Positions 54,146-64,000 of a stretch of DNA of 64,000 nt are shown here, piece after piece (the stretch's first letter is position 1; each line of letters opens with the position of its first letter). The translations under genes and the position numbers were made by a program. The stretch covers positions 6,715,919 through 6,779,918 of the forward strand of contig CM082584.2 of NCBI GenBank assembly GCA_040954595.2. The letters run 5' to 3'. The notes under the pieces are model-generated. The model was given only the letters and a program-made list of their open reading frames with translations, did not search any database and was not told the origin of the DNA. This stretch comes from Balanoglossus misakiensis. Taxonomy: Eukaryota > Animalia > Hemichordata.

Positions 54146-54258
54146 AGTTACCACAGAGATTGGCGGCCATTTTGAATTTCAAATTTGAGACAATTTTGCT
54201 GTCTCATTCAAAATGTTGCCATGACTCCCCCCAAATTCTATTCTAAATTTTAAGAGAG
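54146..54258 (-). repeat. Inverted copy of the CAAAATGGCCGCC-containing short repeat family
   Basis: gattggcggccattttgaatttcaaatttgagacaattttgctgtctcattcaaaat...ttctaaattttaaga is the reverse complement of the 13565-13675 sequence. Confidence 0.7.
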
Positions 54259-57207
54259 GATAATCTAAATCTGCCTTTAGTACAATATCTGTAAATGCTT
54301 CAGACTTTGATTTTCGAGGCTCACGCAACATTAAGCGACGTCGCTCACACTGAAAAATTACAGAAACGTTTACTTATTAAAGCGGATCAATCTTGAGTTA
54401 TGGTACTTACAGTAAAAAAAAAAAACGGTCACATCATCTTTTTCTAAATATAGCAGCTCAGTTTTATTGACCCGTGGTACGTCAGCAGACAACCATAATG
54501 TTTTCACGATTTCTGATAAATAATCAACTGAGTGTAAATCTGAAAACCTCTCAGCGGGACCGACAATTTTATTCTGCCACATAGCAAATAATTCAACCGC
54601 ATTTGTCGCGGTCGGAGTTAACCCAATTTCATAGCCAGGTTACATCACACGAGAGAGGTCGCTGTTTTATTATTCGACAACTAAGAAACGCATTTGATAG
54701 CCTCCTTTTCATACCGAACGACATTTTTTGCTTCTATTTTATAACGAATAACGTTTTCCCGCCTTTTGTGGGATACATTTTATATACTGGTACGTGTAAC
54801 TTTTAACTTTTGAGATTTATCAGCCGACACCGCTTGATATGATATTAATGTGTGATTACGATTTTTATTATTTCTAGCCTTAATGTAAACGCCGGGTGAC
54901 GCCAACAGATTTATCTGAAACCTGTGCTTTTCCCTGTTGGTCTTTGTCTCCCAGGGCACGAAATAAAATTAACTACTTGAAATGATGCTAGTGTACAACT
55001 TGCCTGCTTGACAAAAAATAAGCGTCGCTGTTTGCGTGGTAAAAGCAATCAGACAGTTTCAGGTGAGTGGATACGGCTGGTTATCTGTCATAGAAGAGTT
55101 CACTTTCTACAGTTTCGAAGGAGCAAAGACGTGGGCAGTCTGGCAGATATAGTAAAATCTGAATTGATAACAGGCCAGTTAAGATGGCTTTGCCCAACGG
55201 GGTCTTGTCTTACTTCCGTGCATAGTGTTCATGCGAGGAGGGCCCGAGATTCAAATCTCAAATTTACATGGCAAGTTCTTGTTAAAGGCCGGGGGAGCAG
55301 CTAAGAGTCCCGACAGAGAACAGAACAGCCAAAGTCAAGATAACAGAATAGCCCAAAATATCACCAGCGCCTATAAACTCTACATCTAATTTTAATCAAA
55401 TTGGGAGATCATGTGGAAATAAGGTTGCAATGTAGTAGAGCCTCGTCTCCTATTGAAAATAACGATTCGAATACGTCTGTTCGTTTAGATAAAAAATAAT
55501 TCAATGACTCGACACAACGCGGCAAGTGGGTTTTGCAAGCAAGAAGACAAACCACTCACATAAATAAACCTAACGCGCATATTTATGACCATCGCCTCAA
55601 ACAAATATTGCACGCATTCAGAGTTAGCTCTGGGGTCCACGAGATTGACTTAACGTTTCGGTTGATTGTACGTCCGTAAAATGAACAGTATTGATTTAAA
55701 GGTATGTTATATGACTGACGGCTCCCCGCTGTCACCAATTCTCAATTTAGGCTCTGAGTAACAATCGAGTCGTTTATGAGATCCATGCTGTTGTACGAAT
55801 TATCGAGCGTTATACCCGACCATTTTTTTCATACGGTATCTACAAGTAAAGTAACTGTTTTGCATTTTTTATACTCAAATGTCGGTGGCTGTACTCTGAC
55901 ACACCCGTCTCTGTGGTTGGCTACACACACATCTGATTCGGCGTGTGTAGTCATGACAACGCGATCATATGGGTTAACGCTGGTTTCCTCTATTCAGATT
56001 TAATAGCCAGAGACCAAACCGATCTCTGTGGACGCGAGTTTTTAGACGATTGTCGCGCAAATCGGATCCTGCTCGACAGGAATAAACCCACAGGCAAACT
56101 GCACAGATTAAGTTTTATGTGTTCGCAATAAACCAATGCAATGACGTATTTAAAAATAAAAGGGCAACGTTATCAAAAGTATTGGAGTTTAAAAAAAATG
56201 TGAACTCGCAAAATTGTCGTTTAGTGAACGGATCGCTGGGTGTTTTGTTTAGTGAACTTGTTTGTTGTAGGAAACGTTCTGTTAAGGATGGCGTATATGA
56301 AATGCAAAACAAAATGGTGCGCTTTTCTCGACGAGGGAATGCAATGCAATGATTGAATTCGACGAATCCGATTAGTGCGAATCGGAAGCACCTCGTCTCC
56401 GGCGTTATCTGTTCAGTTATTTAATTAGATCATCTACACTCGAAATACAAAACCCAACACATCCCACAGAAAAGTTATTTTTTTCTTTTACGAAAATGTG
56501 ACTTTGAGTTTATTTGAGTTTAAGTTAGATTTTATACTCTTTAGGCAGAAGGGTTTCTGGGCAATTACTATGCAAACAAAGGGAATACATGGGATTTAAA
56601 CCTTCGTGAATATCAGATCTCCCGGTGCCCGATTTTCTGCGGCTTTTCGGATAAATGATTCATCTAACACTATTATTCGCGCGCGTATTAATAATTTACG
56701 CTCGCTGGGAAAACGATGTAAAATTTGCAAGAAATTAGTCGCTACTTTAGAATGATGGCATACTTTTGAAAATGGAGATTATTATCAACAAAAATACACG
56801 AGCGTCACTGGCTAACTAGGTAAGCTCATAGGGTATATTTAGATCTGTTACGCACCGCCCCCGGTAAACTGTCGATGAACTATGAATGGCGGACATATCC
56901 CACCCAGAGTTAAACAGGAAACAAACACGCCGCACGAGACGGTAGAAATTATTTTTAGTGAAAAAAATCAATCGTAAGTGAAACCTCGGGTAGACCGCAC
57001 AAAGAATCTGACAGTATTATTATTGGCAAATTTGATTATCAATAACCACATCATGCAGGCATCCGGCTAATTTTAGACCAAACATGGAGAAGGCAATAGA
57101 AAAAACACCATACGTTTTAAATCTAATGGGAACGAGGACTGGAAAAGGACTACTCAATGGCCGGGCACGCATCGCAAATTTGCGTGGGTTGTTTTCACGT
57201 GTGTCCG

Positions 57208-58083
57208 CATAGCATTATGTCCGCCGAGATATTGCACTGGTGCAGTACAATATCCAGATAATGAACTGCACCCAATGCACTAAGTATCCAGATATTGCCA
57301 CACCTGCTATTCTAACATTCACTCACAACACAAAAGATTACAAATTAGTCACTTCGGCCATTTTGTTTTGTAATCTCTGCGCTGGGCTCGACCTGTGGTT
57401 GTGGTTTCATTTCTACCTCGCGCACGGTTTCGCCTGAAAGTTTCATTTTTTCCGACGTACCAGAACTTAATTAAAGTACTTTGCTGACGTACAATCTAAA
57501 CTTCTTACTCGATAGAATTACTTTACATTTACATTTACAATTTCGAGAAAAAAATACAGAAAAATGTTACTTACAGTGAAAGATGGGTGCAATGGGGGCT
57601 GCAAGCCAGACACCCTCGATTTTCGTCAAGTCGCTTTCCACGACCGACCGTTCATGTACATTATCTTCAATGGGACTACCACAATCTTGGAAAATCAAGT
57701 CCATTGGCACAGTCATGACCTCTAACTTCCCTTGGTTGTCAGAAATAGCCTGGGTCGTTTTCGTCACTACTTTCAGCAACGATGTTCGTACGTCAAAGAC
57801 TGAGTTGCGAATGAAGGAAATGGCACCTCACTGACCATCTGGCAAATAAACTGGCTGACAACTATCCAATCGAAATGGGTCATTCAACAGGTGTATTTTG
57901 TGAAGCTTGTGATTGGTTGATGTGATTGAGAAGTTGTTTAGCATAAATAGACCACAGATGTTGCTTTAATGCTACGGACAATGTGCTCGTGCAGTCGTTC
58001 AGATGAACTCAACTCGGGCCTGCGGTCCTCTTGTCGTTCAATATCTGAACGATTGAATTCAACTCGCAAATTATCCTTTACTC
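57208..58083. mobile_element. Interspersed repeat, copy B
   Basis: Collinear with 12558-13413, with a constant offset of 44626 across a ~390-bp core. Confidence 0.75.
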
Positions 58084-58647
58084 AATAAACCGCCATATTT
58101 GTTAAATGAGGTCACGAGGGGGCGCAACAGACGTCGCCCTTTGGATAGGGACTTGGACAAGTTGTTAGTTTTGTGTATGTTCAATCACAGATCTAGAGAA
58201 ACAAACCAGCTTTGGTGAACGTCTTTCCAGTTGTAAATTTCCTTGTTACGGGATGGAATGAAATCAGTGACTTTGGAAGAGACAGAAGTTGGCGTTCATG
58301 CAACCACTCCATGATTTGTTTTGGAAGAGCATGAATCTGCTCCAGGCAACGAAAAGTGGATTGCAGATGCACGCATAATCAGATGCCAGGATCTTTTTGC
58401 CAATCAAAATGGATGCGGACTGCTTGAAATAGCCTTTGCTGGAATGACACGCACACAAACGTAACACTTTCCTCTTAACAAATGTCCTCACTCTCGCATA
58501 CAGTTCTCACGACAAAGACGCCGAACAGTTTCTCGGTACAAACGAGCTAGAATTCCAGACAGCTCTGCTTGTACAAGGAAACAGTCACGTGGTCTTTCCA
58601 CACATGTAAAGACATAAAGCAGAATTAAATAAACTTTGCAGAAATAT

Positions 58648-58653
58648 ATTTAT
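58648..58653 (-). terminator. Polyadenylation signal (AATAAA on minus strand) of the lipid transfer protein gene
   Basis: TTTATT on + strand, ~240 bp downstream of the stop after a T-rich 3' UTR. Confidence 0.6.
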
Positions 58654-58894
58654 TCGTCAATTTTTTTTAAAGTCAAATTTTCAACCTAAAACGAAAATAA
58701 AAAGAAGTAACTCTAAAAGGACATTACGACAAAAGATGTTAGTAGAGTCCTTTTACGTAAATTTTTGTTGTTTTTTTAAATACCAAAAAGTAAGGTTTTT
58801 AGTGTGAATTATCGATAGAAAAAAAATCAAGATGTAACAACTTGAAAACAAAATATAATTACATCTTCAAAGGTTTGCTAGTTTGGAAGCGCGC

Positions 58895-59070
58895 TTAAGT
58901 GCGGATGCTCTTGCACTTGGAGACGGCGCGACCGTCAGCGTTCCTCACGCACTGGCAGTCCTTGTAGGTGTTGTTGACGTCATATCTGACCTGCTTGGCG
59001 GTAACCTCGGGCACCTTCTTCATCAGATCGTCGTTGTTGTCCATCATCATGTCCAGTCTGAAGAGGGATC
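58895..59070 (-). CDS. Large lipid transfer protein/apolipophorin-like gene, last exon
   Basis: Acceptor (CT)n-AAATGTTGCAG|GA, phase 1. GSLFRLDMMMDNNDDLMKKVPEVTAKQVRYDVNNTYKDCQCVRNADGRAVSKCKSIRT*, ending in CxC...C. Confidence 0.88.
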
Positions 59071-59395
59071 CTGCAACATTTGAGAGAGAGAGAGAGAAAA
59101 GAGATGGTGAGTCACTCGTATCCCGGGCGACCAATTGGCCATTTTCAGAACTCTACGAGACCCTGAGAGTACATAGCAGTGAACGATGAGCAAAAGATGC
59201 AAGAAACTGGGGGGCCTTTCCTTCTCAAACATATTGCTTTAACCAGTGTCGAAATGTATAATAACCAAATGACCGTATAGTGCATCGACCATGAAAAAAG
59301 TGAACTTGAGAGTGTCCCGGATGAAGCCCCCCGTGGGTTTGTGGGTATTTCACAATGCATTGTTCGACTGGAAATGCTGATAGAAATATTCTCAC

Positions 59396-59621
59396 CTTTG
59401 GTGGCAGACGACAGTTTAGCATAGTCTTCTCCAACTCTGTCGAGGAGTTTGTATTTGCGGTCTTTGTCCTTTCCGCTGATGATGTAACCATCGTGGCTGA
59501 TTCCAACAATACGGATGGCGTTCTTTTGAAGGGCTGTGTACTCGGAGATGACGTTCAAGACAATGCCGTTGTCGTCGAGGAGTTTCTGGACATCTTCAAT
59601 CTTCATGGTGGTGTTCTCAGC
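59396..59621 (-). CDS. Large lipid transfer protein/apolipophorin-like gene, penultimate exon (vWA-like C-half)
   Basis: Acceptor ATTCTAG|GCT at 59622/59621; AENTTMKIEDVQKLLDDNGIVLNVIS...EDYAKLSSATK; donor AAAG|GTGAGA. 226 nt, phase-compatible with both neighbours. Confidence 0.88.
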
Positions 59622-59891
59622 CTAGAATTGAATGGTATGATAGTTTCGATTAATTGAGTGCTCGTTCAATTTTGTGGGGAAAAATATCTGGTATTGTATT
59701 GCTGTACTTTTTTGTATCTATTAAAATATATTATGTTCCAAACGTTGTAGTATAATATTTTGTTCTATTTTAACATGACTACTACAATAAACACTGCTTG
59801 TGCACTGTGGACTTTTTGTATCGAAATTTTGTTGACAAAAGTTTCTGAATCGAATTCTGAGATGTTAGAGAGCAATTTTAATAATACTTAC

Positions 59892-62800
59892 AGAGCGCTC
59901 ATCCTCGGTGACCAAGAAGACCAAGCGAGAGGCTTGTGGGCGGAATTGCAGCTCGGACGCCATCTTGATGGCTTCGAAGGCATCGGTACCATACTGGCCT
60001 TCGAACTGCAGAGCCTTGGCTCCCTTGAGGAAGTTCTTCTCTTCATTGAAGATCTTGCCACGGATTGTGTGCTGGTGCTGTTCGGCGTGGACGTTCTTTC
60101 CTCCGAAACCAATGATGGTGTAACGGTTGTTGTTGATGCCTTCATCGATCAGCTTCTTGTCGATGTTGTTGACCAGGTTCTTCAGTTGGTCCTCTGGCTT
60201 GCCAGTGACGGTCAACTTCTCGCTCTCGGAGACGATGACGACGACATCAGCGGTGAGTTTGCTGTCTTCCCTCCAGACCTCGTTGAGGGCTCTCACGCTG
60301 TAGACATCGCCGCATTTCTCGCACTCGGCCGACTGGTTGAGCCAGACACCCTTAGCGCGGCACATGGCAACGTAGGCAGCGGTGCTGTCGCAGATACCAT
60401 TTCTGGAGTTGCAGTCTGAAGAGTCGGACTTGCAGGCAGCCATGAATGCCTCTGGGTCGACCTTGTCGAAGCATGGGGCAAACTCGGACCTGGAGCTCTT
60501 GAAGAGGATCTCACACAGAGGTGAAACTGGGCTGTTGCATGCCCTCTCGAGCCAGTTGATGGCGTTCAGGTCACGGCTTGGTGGTTTCTTGCAGGATGGA
60601 ATGCCGGAAACCTCATAGGAGTTCATGAAGTCGATCAGGTTGGTGGTGTTTCTGCCATCGCGCTTGCGCCAGTCGTTGCTTGGTTCGTTGTCATTGGTGC
60701 CAAGGAGACCGAGGGTCTTGTTGTGGTACCATCCACTGATGTTGACCAGGCAGTTGTAGTTCTTGGAATCGCACAGGAGAGAAATACCATAAACGGTTGT
60801 CACGTTGACATAGTCGCCTTGACGCAGGACTGTAACATTGCGGTTGTCTGTCTGGAATGGCAGCTCTGTGATCTTGTTGTTACCATTGATGCGGACGGCA
60901 TTCTCGTTGTCGATCTCGATGGCCACATCACGGGTGATGAGAGTGATGGCGTTTTCGGTGCTCAGAAGTGTGAAGTTCTTGTCGACAAAGTCACGGGCCA
61001 GGACATATGTGCATTCGCCCTTCTCATATGGTGGGATCTCGTAGTAGCGTCCATCAAAGGTGTAGACGTGCCTGTTGCCGAAGATCATGGCGGTCTTGGT
61101 GAAATCTGGCATGCTTGGAAGGAGAAGATGCCTGGTCATGAAAGGAATTCTCTTTGCCAGGGTCTTCACCAGGTTGAACTGGGTCAGGATGATCTGCCAC
61201 TGGTTCTCAGTCATGTTGGGGGACTGCCTGAAGCTGGTCCAGTTGAATGGATGGCTGATGTTGACAGCAATGCTGTTGTTACCGAGGTAGGCGACGTTGG
61301 TCATGATAGCGTTAACAGCGGACTTGGCGAGTTTTGGAACTTCCTGCTGTGTGGCATTCCAGACACGCAGAGCGAGTCTCTCATAGTGGCTGATGTTCTT
61401 GATTTCGTTGATCATACCATCAACTTCATAGTAGCGGTACAGCCAACCGGGCAGGGTGTTGTTCAGGTAGCTCAGTGTGATGTTTCTAACTTCTTGGACA
61501 GAGCCTGTGAAGTTCTTGGTGACGTTGAGGGCGAAGTTGGTCCAGTTGTACAGAGGAGTTTCCATGGTCAGGTTCTTCACCAACTCGATGGTCATGTTCA
61601 GAGTCTTGTTGGCCAGCTGAGTGACATTGGAGACTGTGTAGTTGACCAGCTCGTAGACGGTCCTGTTGGTGATACCAAACTCACGGAGGACTTGGTTGTA
61701 CAGAGTGGTTTCATTGTGGGTGATGTTCTTGATGAAGTCCATCACTCTGAGGGTGTAGTTGCTGCTGACGTTGACCAAACCCTTGTACGCTGGGACAACC
61801 AGAAGATCGATGGTCCTGTTGATGGTGGTGTTGGTGATCTGGAGGCTTGCGTTCAGCAGACCCAGTGTGTGGTTGAGAATGCGTGGATGCCAGGTCAGGT
61901 TAGCATAAACCATATCACTTCTGTTCAGCGACATATAGAACACAAGATCGGTGACATTGATCTGTGGGTGTGTGGCATTCTGGTGCATCAAAGTAAGGTT
62001 GACCAAGGTGTCGTTCATCTGGCCCAACAAACAGATAGATCCATAGCCTGGAGCAGTCAGGTTGACCTGGAGGCTGTCGTTTCTAAGAGTGTGGTTGTAG
62101 CTAATGTTGACAATTGGTCCAGTGACGTTGATCAACAGGGTCTGGTTGGCAAGGGTCAGGTTAAGGGTCTGGAGGGTGCTGTTGACAGTGACATTGGCAA
62201 CTGGAGTTGTCATGTTGATGAACAGAGTGTGGTTGAAGAGGGTGGTGTTTGGCAGCAGAGAGCTGTTGCTGCTAATTCTCAAGTCATGGTCGACACTCAC
62301 ATTCAAGATCCTGCTTGTCACATTGGCCTGGAGGGTGTGGTTCAGGACAGTGCTGTTTGGTTCCAGACTGCAGTTGGAGCTGATGTAAAGGGTGTGGTTT
62401 ACACTAGCATTGGCGATTGGAGTGCTGATGTTACCCAGTAAGTAGTGCCTCAGGACAGTGCTGTTGGGCTCCATGCTTGAGTTGCTACTGATGTACAGGG
62501 TGTGGTTCAGGCTTCCATTAACCAGGAGACTGGTCAGATTACCAACAAGTGTGTGGTTCAACACGGTGCTGTTTGGTTCCAGAGAGCAGTTACTACTGAA
62601 GTACAGCGTGTGGTTGAGTGTAAGGTTGGCCAAGAAGCTGGTAAGGTTCGCACTCAGTGTGTGGTTCATGACTGTGCTGTTTGGCTCGAGGCTGCAGTTG
62701 GAACTCAAGTACAGTGTGTGATTCATGGTCAGGTTTGCCAAGATGCTGGTCAGGTTGGCACTCAGAGTGTGGTTCAGAACGGTGCTGTTCGGCTCCAAGC

Positions 62801-64000
62801 TGCTGTTGGTGCTGATGTGCAGGGTGTGATTCAGGGTCAAGTTGGCCAAAATGCTGGTCAGGTTGGTCGACAGCGTATGGTTGAGAACAGTGCTGTTTGG
62901 TTCACTTGAGCAGTTGCTGCTGATGTAAAGCGTGTGGTTGAGCGTCAGGTTTCCGATGATGCTGGTGACGTTCGTTGACAGCGTGTGGTTCAGAACAGTG
63001 CTGTTTGGCTCCAGGCTGCTGTTGCTGCTGATGTACAAGGTGTTGTTCAGGGTCATGTTGGCGATTGGGCCAGTCATGTTGATGAACAGGGTGCTGTTAA
63101 CCATAGTGGAGTTTGGCTCCAAGGTGCTGTTGCGGGCGATGACCAGAGTACCATTGACGGTCAGGTTGGCTGGCTTGCTAGTCATGTTGACGAACAAGGT
63201 GTGGTTCATCAGGGTGGAGTTCAGCTGCAGGGTGTGGTTGACAGTGATGTTGGCAATGTATGGGCTGGTGAAGTTGATGAATGTGGTGGCATTCATGCTG
63301 GAGTTGACAAGCATCATGAGGACTTCTCTGACTGGTTGAATGGCGGCCATGGTGCTGTTCACAGTGACATTGACCATTCTCTCAACAGATTCTCTGAGGT
63401 CGTCTGTCTTGATCTCGCTGATTTTCTCGTTGAGCATTTCCAAGTCGTAGATTGTTGGCAACCTAAGTTTGTTCAGGTCTGGTACGGTGAGGTTCTTCAG
63501 ATATTCAGGAGTGATCATTCTGATGAGGTCCTTCACTTCTTTTGGAGTGAGTTCATCAATCATCTTGGGCACTTCTCTGTACATCTCAGCCAATGGCTCA
63601 CGCAGGGCTCTCAGCTCGGGCACGTTCATCTTGATGATGGGCTTCAGGAGCTTCTCGTTCAAGAAGGTGACGTTAAGTGGGTTGGTGTACAGGTATCTCT
63701 GGAGGTGCTTCATGTAGATGTCCACATTCTTGGTGATGCAGCTGCTGTTCAGGTTGGTGAGGTTCATGAGACTGGTGAGGTTGGTCAGCCTGGTCAGGTT
63801 CATGGCTCTGGCGAAATCGAGGGTGCGGTTCAAGGTGCGGTTGACCATTCTCATGTACTCTCCAACGGTGGCGTTGAGGACATTGTAAGCAGTCATGTTG
63901 ACCAATGGACCACCCTTGACAATTTCTTGGGTAGCGTTGAGGATGAACAATGGATGGCTGGCGTTCAGGGACAGGCTGATGTTCTCACGTCTTACAGTGA
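59892..64000 (-). CDS. Large lipid transfer protein (apolipophorin/apoLTP/vitellogenin superfamily)-like, giant exon (>4.1 kb, 5' truncated): sequon-rich region + vWD + C8-like + vWA-like domains
   Basis: Frame open to the window edge; donor TCT|GTAAGT at 59892/59891. vWD from ~61094 (AMIFGNRHVYTFDG...CTYVLARDF...GWYHNKTLGLLGTNDNEPSND), C8-like (C..LF...F..CF..VDP..F...C..D), vWA-like (ADVVVIVSES...YTIIGFGG...FRPQASRLVFLVT). The family call is inferred from this C-terminal architecture; the N-terminal LLT domain is outside the window. Confidence 0.85.
62184..63155 (-). repeat. Coding tandem repeat, 9 x 108 bp (36 aa), in the lipid transfer protein
   Basis: Consensus NHTLYISSNCSLEPNSTVL-NHTLSANLTSILANLTL, nine units with no indels. 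Confidence 0.92.

Overview
Eukaryotic (metazoan) genomic DNA with GT-AG spliced genes, microsatellites and MITE-like repeats. It is probably an invertebrate deuterostome such as a hemichordate (inference from gene families and repeats only). Six genes are supported: (1) the last three coding exons of a SAMD1/SAMD13-like SAM-domain chromatin protein (+, <1-1447); (2) a complete six-exon alpha9/alpha10-like Cys-loop receptor subunit lacking the loop-C vicinal cysteines (+, 5858-8499, 495 aa); (3-5) three paralogous class A GPCRs with intronless CDSs and an aminergic-like scaffold, all carrying Asn at 3.32 and DK(Y/F) instead of DRY (-, 10160-11404; -, 18279-19598; +, 51553-53019), with a ~32 kb non-coding interval between the last two; (6) the 3' part of a large lipid transfer protein/apolipophorin-like gene (-, >64000-58895) with vWD, C8-like and vWA-like domains. 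The most notable signals are the co-located receptors that have each lost canonical cationic-ligand determinants (a possible chemosensory cluster), a 9x36-aa repeat and roughly 110 N-glycosylation sequons in the lipoprotein, and an 8x8-aa coding minisatellite in the third intracellular loop of GPCR3. All calls are by eye from the sequence; no database searches were run.
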